Both the position numbers and the translations under genes were made by a program. The notes under the pieces were generated by a model. That model was not told the origin of the DNA and made no database searches. It saw nothing but the letters and a program-made list of their open reading frames with translations. From positions 23,801 through 87,800 of the forward strand of contig JAKSHZ010000001.1 in assembly GCA_024399115.1 (NCBI GenBank): a stretch of 64,000 nt of DNA, read 5' to 3'. Origin of the DNA: Bacilli bacterium (lineage in GTDB: Bacteria; Bacillota_I; Bacilli_A; RFN20; CAG-826). Shown piece by piece: positions 26,362 through 35,043 of the stretch; within the stretch, counting starts at the first letter, position 1, and each line of letters begins with the position of its first letter.

Positions 26362-27637
26362 TAATTATATTAATGAATCTTATGAAAGAGCCTTGCTCGG
26401 ATGTATGTTGCTTGATAATTCTATCATCGATGAAATTTCACATCACTTGGAAAAAGTAGCATTTTGCGTATACAAAAATCAGGCTATCTATGACCAAATC
26501 TGTACTTTGTATCTTGAAAACAAACACGTTGATATTCTTGCTCTTACTCAGAGATGTAGAAATATTGACCCATCTTATATTGCAAGTTTAACAGATATCG
26601 CTTCTTCAGCAAATTACAATTTCTACTTGGAAGAAGTTAAAAAGTTATATCTTGCTCGTGACTTGAAAAATGAAGTTGTAGAAAAACTCAGCACTCTGTC
26701 TTCAGATAACGTAATTGAAACTATCCACTCAATTGATAGTCAGCTCACATCTTATATGACTTTTGAAAAGACAAAACCTTTGTCTCTCAAAGAAATGTGT
26801 GTTCCATTTACAGAAAAATTATCTGAAGTTATGAAAACAAAACCTGAATATCTCGGAGTTGATACAGGTTGGAAAAATCTTAATGATATTCTTGATGGAT
26901 TACAGAGTGGTAAATTAGCAATTTTAGGGGCGAGACCTTCTGTCGGTAAAACAGCCTTTGCTCTTCAGCTGGCCTCAAACCTTTGTCGTAATAACATTCC
27001 AACTGACATTGTATCATTGGAAATGTCTGCTCAGACATTGATGAACCGTATGGTGTCATTTGAAACTGGTATCCCTATTTATTACCTTACACACGGATTA
27101 ATTACATCATCAACTATGATGGGTAAACTTAATGTGGCAATGAATAGACTTTTCAACTACCCAATGAACATTCACGATTCAGGTATGGAAAATGAACAGA
27201 AACTTTATTCATTTATTCGTACTCAGGCAAAACTTTGTGGAACTAAAGTATTTATTGTGGACCATATTGGTTTAATCAGACATTCAAATGCCAATATGAA
27301 ACGTGTTGAACAGTTGGATGAAATCACAGATAAACTTGCACACTTGGCAAAAGAACTTGATGTTACAATTGTTTGCCTTTGTCAGCTTAAACGTGATGCA
27401 GAAGGTAAAGAACCTACACTTTCAGATTTGCGTGATAGTGGTGCTATCGAACAGAACGCAGATATCTGTATGTTCTTGCATCGTAATCGTGCAACCGGCA
27501 ATGAAACAGAAATCCCTTCAAAGATAATCGTAATCAAACATCGTGATGGTGCTTGTGGTACTGCGGATATGATTTTCTATCCAAAATTGACTAAATTTGC
27601 CGAATCTAGTGACGATTTCAGTAAAAATGCCGCTTAA
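26354..27637 (+). CDS. dnaB: replicative DNA helicase
   Basis: GARPSVGKT, SLEMS, VDHIGL, DLRDSGAIEQNAD, KHRDG motifs; GAGGAG RBS before ATG 26354. Confidence 0.95.
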   Translation: MPNNYINESYERALLGCMLLDNSIIDEISHHLEKVAFCVYKNQAIYDQICTLYLENKHVDILALTQRCRNIDPSYIASLTDIASSANYNFYLEEVKKLYLARDLKNEVVEKLSTLSSDNVIETIHSIDSQLTSYMTFEKTKPLSLKEMCVPFTEKLSEVMKTKPEYLGVDTGWKNLNDILDGLQSGKLAILGARPSVGKTAFALQLASNLCRNNIPTDIVSLEMSAQTLMNRMVSFETGIPIYYLTHGLITSSTMMGKLNVAMNRLFNYPMNIHDSGMENEQKLYSFIRTQAKLCGTKVFIVDHIGLIRHSNANMKRVEQLDEITDKLAHLAKELDVTIVCLCQLKRDAEGKEPTLSDLRDSGAIEQNADICMFLHRNRATGNETEIPSKIIVIKHRDGACGTADMIFYPKLTKFAESSDDFSKNAA

Positions 27638-27709
27638 GGTTTGACGTAAATTTTATTATATGTTAGATTTGATTTAAAGCCATGATATAGGTTAACAACA
27701 GAAGGTTTA

Positions 27710-27967
27710 ATGACTAAATTAGACAGTCTGATGCAGGCCAGCCTTGTCATCGGCAAATCAAATCCAGACATTTTCCTGTCATCAATTAATCTAGACACAG
27801 ATGATGAATTTCTTGTTGTTGTAAATGATAAAGTCGAAGCAATCATTTACCAGTATAAAGACTCTTGGTACATATGGTACACAAAAAAATGTTACCGTAC
27901 ACAAGTCTCAAGTTTTACTGCTGCTTGCGAGCAGATTGAAGAGGAGATTCAGAATTGCGTGGCGTAG
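27710..27967 (+). CDS. hypothetical protein
   Basis: 85-aa ORF. Confidence 0.5.
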   Translation: MTKLDSLMQASLVIGKSNPDIFLSSINLDTDDEFLVVVNDKVEAIIYQYKDSWYIWYTKKCYRTQVSSFTAACEQIEEEIQNCVA

Positions 27968-28326
27968 AAAATCCTCAGAAAGAAATCATTGTAGAAGAAT
28001 TAAAACGTGGTGTTCCAAGTTCTGAACTCTCCAAGAAATATGGAGTAGCAATGTCTACCATTACAACTTGGATTAAGGCACTTCCTAGAGATTGTACCAA
28101 ATCAAAATTCGATTTCAAAAACAGAAGAATCTCAGTTATGAGAAAAGTTAATATGGCAGAAGCCAAGATTTCAGATATGATTGCAGATTATGTTGTCTGT
28201 GATATTTCTGATGACGAATGGGAAGCTGTACAGAAATTCATTCAGCACGAACTTATCGAAGTAGCAACTTTTACTGGTGAAGACGAAGAAGGAACTATGT
28301 GCGATAACTGTTTATTCTGCAAATAG
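27955..28326 (+). CDS. HTH DNA-binding protein
   Basis: SSELSKKYGVAMSTITTWIK HTH. Confidence 0.6.
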   Translation: MRGVENPQKEIIVEELKRGVPSSELSKKYGVAMSTITTWIKALPRDCTKSKFDFKNRRISVMRKVNMAEAKISDMIADYVVCDISDDEWEAVQKFIQHELIEVATFTGEDEEGTMCDNCLFCK

Positions 28327-28327
28327 C

Positions 28328-28544
28328 GTGTTTACAAAAGTGTTTACAATTTTAAATACATTAGATTGTTATTGTATGCAGTTTCTTCTATATATTAGTG
28401 TATTCTAATGCACGTAAATGTAGGCTAATGCATATCTGGGGTTGTCCCCCACCCATCTGCTACACGATTTTTTATAAGCTATTTCTTTATATTACAAGGA
28501 ATTAACTTTTAGCCATTTTATAAGTGTTTACAAAATGTTGACAA
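28328..28544. other. putative attP site
   Basis: Paired arm-type repeats GTGTTTACAA (28328, 28340, 28524; variant 28535) flank a GC-rich segment 28436-28466, immediately upstream of the integrase. Confidence 0.65.
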
Positions 28545-28577
28545 AAGTTTATTTTTCCTTTAAATCGTTTAAACACT

Positions 28578-29702
28578 ATGAATAAACGACCCTTTTATCT
28601 TACCAAAAGAAAGCTCGCTTCTGGTAAAATAGTATACTATTTTTATACTTATGACAAGTTTGGCAACCGTACTGTTCCACAGTCTACTGGCTGTTCAAAG
28701 AAAACAGATGCCTTTAACTATTGTAGCTCACTTTTCAAAAAAGGCAACTTAACAAATCAAAATGTTAAGTTTAAGGTTTATGCTGCAAACTTTTTTGATG
28801 AAGAAGAACGATGGTATAAAAATAAAATGGTAGAAGGTGGTATTACAGAAAATACTGTAACCACTTATCAGATTAATCTGAGAAAATACATCATGCCTTA
28901 TTTCGGAGAGATGTATATTGATAAGATCACAACCTCAGATATCAAAGCATACAGAATCCATCTTACAGAATCAGGTCTGTCAAATAAGTCTATTAATAAC
29001 TCAGTAAACATCATTCGTATTATTTTTAATTATGCAATGGAAGATGATATCATTTATAAATCTCCAGTAAATAAAACTGTTGCATCATTGAAGGTAGAAC
29101 ATAAACGAGAAGCATTTACGGATGATGAATTGGATTATATTTTCAGCAATTATTTTGAAGATGAACGTTATTATTTATTCTTACTTCTTGGTCCATTAAC
29201 TGGTATGAGATTTTCTGAAGCCTTAGGTCTTACAAGAGAAAATATCAAAGACGGATATATTGAAATAACTCATCAGTATAACAATAACAAGATTAAGGAT
29301 ATTAAGACTAAGGAAAAAAGATTTATTACAATTCCAAAGAAACTGGAAGAAATGTTACGCAAACAGGTTGGTGACAGAACTTTTATATTCTCACAGAAAT
29401 TATTAGATATACCGATTGTAGAGTCTACAACAAGGCGAAATTTGTATAATTACTACAATTTTGAGATGTTGAGACGAAAAAAAGAGAACCAACTGACATA
29501 TCACTCATTCAGATATTATCTTAATACTTTACTATTATCAAAAAATATTCCAAAGTACAAAGTCGATTTTGTAATTGGTCATTCAGAAGGAAAAGGAAGT
29601 ATGACACAACTCTACACTACTTGGAAACCTAATATGTACGATGATGTACTGAAGGTTCAGGAAGAATTGTTAGATAGATTACTTAGTTTACGAAAGCGAT
29701 AA
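28578..29702 (+). CDS. int: tyrosine integrase
   Basis: TGMRFSE (R), KTK (K), HSFR (HxxR), IGHS (H), LY (Y); SAM-like core-binding region. Confidence 0.93.
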   Translation: MNKRPFYLTKRKLASGKIVYYFYTYDKFGNRTVPQSTGCSKKTDAFNYCSSLFKKGNLTNQNVKFKVYAANFFDEEERWYKNKMVEGGITENTVTTYQINLRKYIMPYFGEMYIDKITTSDIKAYRIHLTESGLSNKSINNSVNIIRIIFNYAMEDDIIYKSPVNKTVASLKVEHKREAFTDDELDYIFSNYFEDERYYLFLLLGPLTGMRFSEALGLTRENIKDGYIEITHQYNNNKIKDIKTKEKRFITIPKKLEEMLRKQVGDRTFIFSQKLLDIPIVESTTRRNLYNYYNFEMLRRKKENQLTYHSFRYYLNTLLLSKNIPKYKVDFVIGHSEGKGSMTQLYTTWKPNMYDDVLKVQEELLDRLLSLRKR

Positions 29703-29895
29703 AACCTTTACTTTCTAAAATCATCTTTCCGTATTCTGCTTTTTCGATATCAGGAGTTGTGAATACCTTGAGGGTATAATATCCATTCATTGAGAACAGA
29801 TAAGCAGGATATCCCATTTTGTTTAATTTTTTCTGATCATCTTTAGATTCAGAAGTTGAACTGTATTTACCTACACATACTGCATAAACTTGCAT
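29683..29895 (-). CDS. SPOR-domain protein
   Basis: YAVCVGKYS...LNKMGYPAY...LESKGFIAFV pattern. Confidence 0.65.
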   Translation of the reverse strand: MQVYAVCVGKYSSTSESKDDQKKLNKMGYPAYLFSMNGYYTLKVFTTPDIEKAEYGKMILESKGFIAFVN

Positions 29896-29910
29896 AATTA
29901 TTCTCCAAAA

Positions 29911-29940
29911 AGATAAGGCTACCTTTCGGTAGCCCTATCT
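29911..29940. terminator. intrinsic terminator hairpin
   Basis: GGCTACC-TTTC-GGTAGCC with flanking pairing. Confidence 0.6.
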
Positions 29941-29954
29941 TAATTAATATTAAG

Positions 29955-30272
29955 TTATTCTTTTTTGAAAGTCATAAATAATCCGGCTACCAATGCTACA
30001 ATTCCGACCACACCAGTAATAATTGTAGATACCAGAGACTCGTTGAAGCCCATAAAACCTAATAGAAGACCACCAACGGCAAATAGACAGATTGAAACAA
30101 TAACTTTCCAGTCTTTTGTTTCTGACTTTTTCCAAGCTGCAACAATTTCAAGTGCAGCACCCAAGAATGTGATTGCAATACCTGTGTAATCTGCAGCAGG
30201 TACATCTGTGAATACACACAAACATGATCCGGCAAGGATCAAAATAATTCCTAAAATTTTGAAGAATTTCAT
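29955..30272 (-). CDS. four-TM membrane protein (holin candidate)
   Basis: Four hydrophobic helices in the lysis module. Confidence 0.55.
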   Translation of the reverse strand: MKFFKILGIILILAGSCLCVFTDVPAADYTGIAITFLGAALEIVAAWKKSETKDWKVIVSICLFAVGGLLLGFMGFNESLVSTIITGVVGIVALVAGLFMTFKKE

Positions 30273-30273
30273 A

Positions 30274-30660
30274 TTACTCTTCCTCCTCTAAAATATCAGG
30301 AGTAATACTACTCCCGTTAATATCACTGTAGTCGAACCCAGAGCTATACAGGTATACTTCAAGATTGTATACTTTCTCTCTAGTTGCTCGTAACTTATCG
30401 ATAACTCCATCGATTCCTTCTGTGCTTGTCCTAAGCTCGTCTGAGAGTTCTCTAAGGCTGTTTCTGACTGCAGTAACTGTAGTTGCAGCTTCAGACAAGT
30501 CTCTGTAAGCTCTTTCAAGTTCAGATTCCAATTCTCTAAGTCTATTATCGCTTTGTCTAATTCTTGTGCGATAGTCGGAGTAAAGGATTCCCCCCAGAAG
30601 TAAGATGGCAATAAAAAGACCACCAAAAGCACAAAGTATTTTTTTAATCTGCTCACTCAC
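30274..30660 (-). CDS. i-spanin (Rz)-like protein
   Basis: N-terminal TM followed by a long coiled coil, in the lysis module. Confidence 0.6.
   Translation of the reverse strand: MSEQIKKILCAFGGLFIAILLLGGILYSDYRTRIRQSDNRLRELESELERAYRDLSEAATTVTAVRNSLRELSDELRTSTEGIDGVIDKLRATREKVYNLEVYLYSSGFDYSDINGSSITPDILEEEE
30288..30656 (-). CDS. embedded alternate-frame partner protein (Rz1 position)
   Basis: 122 codons open inside the Rz-like gene; signal peptide, coiled coil, C-terminal TM. Confidence 0.5.
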   Translation of the reverse strand: MSRLKKYFVLLVVFLLPSYFWGESFTPTIAQELDKAIIDLENWNLNLKELTETCLKLQLQLLQSETALENSQTSLGQAQKESMELSISYEQLERKYTILKYTCIALGSTTVILTGVVLLLIF

Positions 30661-30928
30661 TCGCTTCCTCTTCTGTTTTCTCTTTACTCATAACTTCTTT
30701 GTAAGCATTGATACCTTTCTGAGTAACATTGATTCCCAGATAAACCAAAGATACATAAAAGAAATAAGTAAGCACTTTAGAAAAAAGTTCCACCATTGAG
30801 TCAGGAACATTCTTGAGAACACATACGTCAATAACGAGAATAATTGCAGTAATTAAGACAATTACTCCCCAAGTAATCCATACGGAAAATTTACGACTTT
30901 TCAACTTATCTTCTGTCATCATCTCCAC
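30653..30928 (-). CDS. two-TM holin-like protein
   Basis: KLKSRKF followed by two TM segments and a charged tail. Confidence 0.6.
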   Translation of the reverse strand: MEMMTEDKLKSRKFSVWITWGVIVLITAIILVIDVCVLKNVPDSMVELFSKVLTYFFYVSLVYLGINVTQKGINAYKEVMSKEKTEEEASE

Positions 30929-31006
30929 CTTTGTAGACCATAAAAATAGTTGTTAAGGCTCCAATTGCGAAGCCCAAAACAAATCCAATAAAATAATATT
31001 CGGGCA

Positions 31007-31408
31007 TCATTTTTTTCTTAAAACTCCCAAAACATTTTCTCTACTTCTTAATTTGATTTTCGCACCATCCTGCTTAAAACCATCCTGTTCAAAAACAAGA
31101 ACCTGTTTATCTGTAATTCCTAACAGAATAGCAACATGGCCATATTTATTTGTTGGACTTGAGTTCCAAATAATAACATCTCCGGGAGTTGCCCGTGAGA
31201 TTGTAAACTTATCCAAATATTTCTTTTCAAGTGGCAGCTTGTCGTAATTCAACCAAAGGTCTTTTGCTCCATCTACGCCGCCAGTATGTGGAATTTCCCA
31301 CACGTCATAACAATACTGTCTAAAAACATCAACACACTGGAAACCAAATTTTTTATCCCAGTCCACACCTTTATTGATGTATTTTGTTACAAATTCGTCA
31401 AGTTTCAC
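31007..31408 (-). CDS. CHAP-domain endolysin
   Basis: D.DKKFGFQCVD, PGDVIIW, YGHVAI, FEQDG motifs. Confidence 0.9.
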   Translation of the reverse strand: MKLDEFVTKYINKGVDWDKKFGFQCVDVFRQYCYDVWEIPHTGGVDGAKDLWLNYDKLPLEKKYLDKFTISRATPGDVIIWNSSPTNKYGHVAILLGITDKQVLVFEQDGFKQDGAKIKLRSRENVLGVLRKK

Positions 31409-32139
31409 TAAATTACCCCACTCTTTTTAAGACGTTCATCAAGGACTTGGATGTAATATTTATTCTTTTCAATACAGTCCTGAAGAACCTGACTCCAATG
31501 CTGACTCTGTTCGACATTCTTAATTTCAGCTTCGTAAAGTTTAATCTTTCTAGCACAAGACTTACGGACTTCAGTCATAACCATAACAAGCCAGTCGTCA
31601 ATTAATGTCTGGAAACTTTCTTCTACGCTATTCCACTGTTCCATTACATTTTTATCACAGTTATCTAATGTGTTTTCAAAAAGAATTTCACGATGGATTT
31701 CACGTATCATTTCTAATAATTGATTACGATATGACGGATAGTTTTCCGGCATAAGTTCTCTTGTAAAATGGTTGTTGTTGATGTACTCGTAGAAAGGGTC
31801 TTTGAAAGCATAGAATAATGAACGCCTAGATGTCTGGCACATTTTCTCAATGCAACTTATTTTTGATATTTTGTAATTACAACTTTTGGTTTGTCTTCTC
31901 ATCGAACATCTCAGTTCGTAATCTACCGATTCGATGACTTCTTGTAAGTGATACATAACAGTCTGACAAGTCTGGTCGTATTCATAATCCGAAGTCTTAA
32001 GTGTTCCTTTTGAAATACTTAACCCTAACTTTCTTACTAGAAAGAGTGTAATTGAAATTACAGCAATTATTCCCACGAATATTACGATTAAATTTGAAAG
32101 AGGCATTGTTGTTAAATTTGCAGAAATTTCACCTTGCAT
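31408..32139 (-). CDS. single-TM membrane protein in the lysis module
   Basis: Probable start MQGEIS downstream of the late promoter; one TM plus a soluble domain. Confidence 0.6.
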   Translation of the reverse strand: MQGEISANLTTMPLSNLIVIFVGIIAVISITLFLVRKLGLSISKGTLKTSDYEYDQTCQTVMYHLQEVIESVDYELRCSMRRQTKSCNYKISKISCIEKMCQTSRRSLFYAFKDPFYEYINNNHFTRELMPENYPSYRNQLLEMIREIHREILFENTLDNCDKNVMEQWNSVEESFQTLIDDWLVMVMTEVRKSCARKIKLYEAEIKNVEQSQHWSQVLQDCIEKNKYYIQVLDERLKKSGVI

Positions 32140-32167
32140 AATAAACTCCCAAGTTCCATTTTTTACA

Positions 32168-32196
32168 AGAATAATGGGATTATTAATCGTAGTTAA
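32168..32196 (-). promoter_or_regulatory. putative late promoter (TTAACTACGA-N13-TATTCT)
   Basis: Exact 10-mer at 32187-32196, heading the lysis genes. Confidence 0.65.
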
Positions 32197-32225
32197 AAAA
32201 AGGCTGTCTAAATTAATAGACAGCC
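32195..32225 (-). terminator. terminator closing the accessory cassette
   Basis: GGCTGTCTA/TAGACAGCC hairpin plus a T-run on the minus strand. Confidence 0.75.
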
Positions 32226-32231
32226 AAAGAT

Positions 32232-32675
32232 TTAAGCTACAAAAGTAAAGTAATAGGTCATTGGGCATTTACCATGAGCATCCTCATCGTTGAAATAATC
32301 CCATACCAAATCACCGAAAAATTCTGGTTCATCCTGCAATTCATACTTTTTAGCAGTTCGCATAAAATCAGAATGGAAAGCGTTCATACAAGCCCAAAAT
32401 TCACACTTAGACATTTTGGACCAGTCAACTCCAACTCTTTGACCAACTTCTGTAGTTTGTTCCATTGTCCACTTCTGACCGTCTGGAAGATTTGAAACCC
32501 AAGTTTTACAAGTTGATTCATTCAACTTAGTTCCGTAGGCTTTTTTATATACATCTTTATAGACTTCAAGTGGATCATCTTCTTTCTGAACTGCATCTGC
32601 AAGAATCATCAGTAATCCATCAGTAGATATTTTACCTTCACGTTTTACTTCTGAAATAAGTTCTGTAAGTTCCAT
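32232..32675 (-). CDS. conserved helical phage protein (cassette)
   Basis: GQKWTMEQT...EFWACMNAFHSD...DED motif seen in gut-phage cassettes. Confidence 0.65.
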   Translation of the reverse strand: MELTELISEVKREGKISTDGLLMILADAVQKEDDPLEVYKDVYKKAYGTKLNESTCKTWVSNLPDGQKWTMEQTTEVGQRVGVDWSKMSKCEFWACMNAFHSDFMRTAKKYELQDEPEFFGDLVWDYFNDEDAHGKCPMTYYFTFVA

Positions 32676-32911
32676 TATTTAATCCTTTTTACAACTTCTT
32701 TGCCAAAGATATTTTTTGTCACAGTAAACTCTCCAATACTTTCTGGAAGGTTGTCAGAAACTACTAATCCAGTTTCTTCAACAGGTTCGGTCTCTACTAC
32801 TGATTTAGTTTGTACTACTGGTTCCTCAGTAGGTTCATCCCTTAGAAAGTATTGGTCGGTAACTACTACATAATGATTTTGGCAAAAAGCACACATACCA
32901 TTACACTGCAT
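32675..32911 (-). CDS. small hypothetical protein (cassette)
   Basis: N-terminal CxxxCxxC; coupled ORF. Confidence 0.5.
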   Translation of the reverse strand: MQCNGMCAFCQNHYVVVTDQYFLRDEPTEEPVVQTKSVVETEPVEETGLVVSDNLPESIGEFTVTKNIFGKEVVKRIK

Positions 32912-32913
32912 AC

Positions 32914-33232
32914 CTAGTAGACCGTGTACCCCATAGGAGTGTTTGATACAATTACGTGAGGTGTCGTTGCACCATAGTAACCAACATACTTTTTGCCTCT
33001 CTGCAACTGAGAACCAAGAATAGGATTTCCGTATTTATTCCATAATGGAATTGTGGCTCCATTTACAGTTACCTGAACTGGAAGATTTGCACCTGCCGCT
33101 GGAATTGTGTCACAGAGCCTAAAACAGAAACGGTCTCTATCAGTTGCTGATACGGTTGTAGAGAATGCAAGTACAACTGCATCTGCACCCACTGTAACTG
33201 AATTTGCACAATGGAAGTAATTACAAGCCATA
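32914..33232 (-). CDS. beta-rich hypothetical protein (cassette)
   Basis: AAGGAG RBS before MACN; predicted beta-sandwich pattern. Confidence 0.6.
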
Positions 33233-33271
33233 AAACTCTCCTTATGGTGAGGTTTTACCCTCACCATTCAA

Positions 33272-33874
33272 TTAGCAGTTACATCCATTCCAGATGTTAT
33301 TCTTGAAAAGATCACGCATGAAGTTTTCAAGATTCTGAGTCTGAATGCCCTGTGCAGTTACAAGACCTGTTGCAAGATTCTCATTCTTAGCATCCTGTAA
33401 TTCATCACGAAGCTTCTGAATTTCATTCTGCTGAATAAGAATACGAGTTTTCTCACCATCGTCACGAATTGCATTTTTGATGCCACAGCAACAATCCTGC
33501 ATACGATAGTTAGAATCTGCAATTGCAGCCTGTACTCCACTGAATCCTGCTCCAAGATTCTGGTTTACATTTGCAAGACCTAACTGAATTCCACCGAATC
33601 CATTACAGAGGTTCTGATTTACATCAGAGAAACCACGAGTGATTTCATTCTGCATACTACGGAATTCACTGAAAGTGTTCTGACTGTTCAAACCTTCATA
33701 AAGGTCTGATTTAAGTGAGTTGTTATTGTTGTTATTCCAACCTCCGCCTCCCATCAGGAAGAAAAGGATAAGAATAACCCAGAAAGATGATGAACCAGAC
33801 CCGAAGAATCCGTCATTATCTCCTCTAATGTTGTTTGCTAATGAAAGCAAATCTGATGAAGTAACTTCACTCAT
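33272..33874 (-). CDS. G/N-rich membrane/coiled-coil protein with CCC motif (cassette)
   Basis: WVILILFFLMGGGGWNNN, LCNGF, QDCCC, C-terminal GCNC; strong RBS. Confidence 0.7.
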   Translation of the reverse strand: MSEVTSSDLLSLANNIRGDNDGFFGSGSSSFWVILILFFLMGGGGWNNNNNNSLKSDLYEGLNSQNTFSEFRSMQNEITRGFSDVNQNLCNGFGGIQLGLANVNQNLGAGFSGVQAAIADSNYRMQDCCCGIKNAIRDDGEKTRILIQQNEIQKLRDELQDAKNENLATGLVTAQGIQTQNLENFMRDLFKNNIWNGCNC

Positions 33875-33959
33875 TTTAAGCCCCCTCCTAAGAAGCTATT
33901 ATTATGTTAAGTAAAATCTTGTCATTTTTGTAGGGAAGATAAATGTATTGTTTGTGGAT

Positions 33960-33993
33960 AAAAAAAAAGGACTAACCGACCAAAGTTAGTCCT
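33960..33993 (-). terminator. intrinsic terminator within the cassette
   Basis: AGGACTAAC/GTTAGTCCT hairpin plus a T-run on the minus strand. Confidence 0.75.
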
Positions 33994-34003
33994 AGGGGAA
34001 AGG

Positions 34004-34201
34004 TTACTTTTTCTTGAATATATTTAATAAGTAACTTGCTTTCTGTTTGGCATCTTCAATTTCTGAGTTTGAATACCTCCCGGAAGAAATTACTTCATTC
34101 AACATTTGTTCAGGAGTTTTCCCAGACCTTTTAATCTGATTTGAAAACTCATTAATCTGAGATATCAAGCTCTGGTTGTTCTGGTTGTTTTTCAGTTGCA
34201 T
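34004..34201 (-). CDS. small Q/N-rich helical protein (cassette)
   Basis: TPEQMLNEVISSG.YS pattern. Confidence 0.6.
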   Translation of the reverse strand: MQLKNNQNNQSLISQINEFSNQIKRSGKTPEQMLNEVISSGRYSNSEIEDAKQKASYLLNIFKKK

Positions 34202-34550
34202 ACTTCACTCCATTATCAACTCGATTTGCAAGTTTGTTTATTGTCTGAATTAAATTGTCATATTCCAACTTTGAAATACTAACAGGTGTACTTTCAGCTT
34301 CATATGATTCAGTTACATCTGTAAGTTTGAATATTCTTAATGATAGTTTGCCGATAGAATCGCATTCCTTGATATAAAGGATGTCGGCATTTGGATCTAG
34401 TAATAGATATGAATCTCCACGGTTCAAATGAAAATCTTTAGCCTGCTGCAGACTATTTACAGTAATGATTTCATGTTTCCCCGGATTAAAAACGTTTAAT
34501 AAATTTGTTGCTTGAGATATTGAATTGTAATCAAAACCCATAACTCCCAC
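34152..34550 (-). CDS. hypothetical protein (cassette)
   Basis: V.SLQQAK...LLLD...LYIK.CD.IG pattern. Confidence 0.6.
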   Translation of the reverse strand: MGVMGFDYNSISQATNLLNVFNPGKHEIITVNSLQQAKDFHLNRGDSYLLLDPNADILYIKECDSIGKLSLRIFKLTDVTESYEAESTPVSISKLEYDNLIQTINKLANRVDNGVKYATEKQPEQPELDISD

Positions 34551-34589
34551 CTCTTTATATTTACAATACTTTGGGTTTAGATAAAGTAG

Positions 34590-34633
34590 AATAGACTATT
34601 TATTGACTCTTTATGGAACTTGTATTGACCTCT
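34590..34633. repeat. four degenerate 11-bp direct repeats
   Basis: AATAGACTATT / TATTGACTCTT / TATGGAACTTG / TATTGACCTCT. Confidence 0.45.
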
Positions 34634-34929
34634 GGATATTTACTTGGTTTAATATTAAGTAAAGAAAGAATTTGAGTTGCATTTTCTCTGTTCTCAATCC
34701 ATTTGTACAACTTCTTGATAGAACGGTGTAATGCTTTACTTACTGAGTTTTCTTCGATTACTAGTAAGTCTGCACATTCTTTAAGAGAGAGTCCTTTTAC
34801 AAATCTTGTGTACAAAACTTCTCTCTCCCTTGCAGACAAATTAGAACTGTCGATTAAATCATAAGACTCTTTTCTTCCTAATGTGCTGAAAAGATTTTTA
34901 CAGAAAATAAATTCGTTTGTCATTTTCAT
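34600..34929 (-). CDS. sigma70 region-4-like HTH regulator
   Basis: LSAREREVL.TRFVKGLSLKECADLL...SVSKALHRSIKKL; GAGGT RBS before MKMTNE. Confidence 0.75.
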   Translation of the reverse strand: MKMTNEFIFCKNLFSTLGRKESYDLIDSSNLSAREREVLYTRFVKGLSLKECADLLVIEENSVSKALHRSIKKLYKWIENRENATQILSLLNIKPSKYPEVNTSSIKSQ

Positions 34930-34979
34930 AATGCTTACCTCTTTTGTAATTAAATCTATAAGCAATATTATTTATTATT

Positions 34980-35006
34980 TGATTAGATGAGACTGTCATC
35001 TAATCA
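34980..35006. promoter_or_regulatory. perfect inverted repeat in the divergent control region
   Basis: TGATTAGATGA-N5-TCATCTAATCA. Confidence 0.55.
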
Positions 35007-35043
35007 TCAATTACTATTCAAAAACCACTAAAGAGAGAGTTTT

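Noticed and set aside
28436-28466. tRNA or tmRNA gene at the GC-rich patch
   Set aside because: No cloverleaf or GTTCRA T-loop; better explained as an att core
33953-33961. DnaA box (TGTGGATAA)
   Set aside because: Single copy overlapping a terminator tail; chance is sufficient
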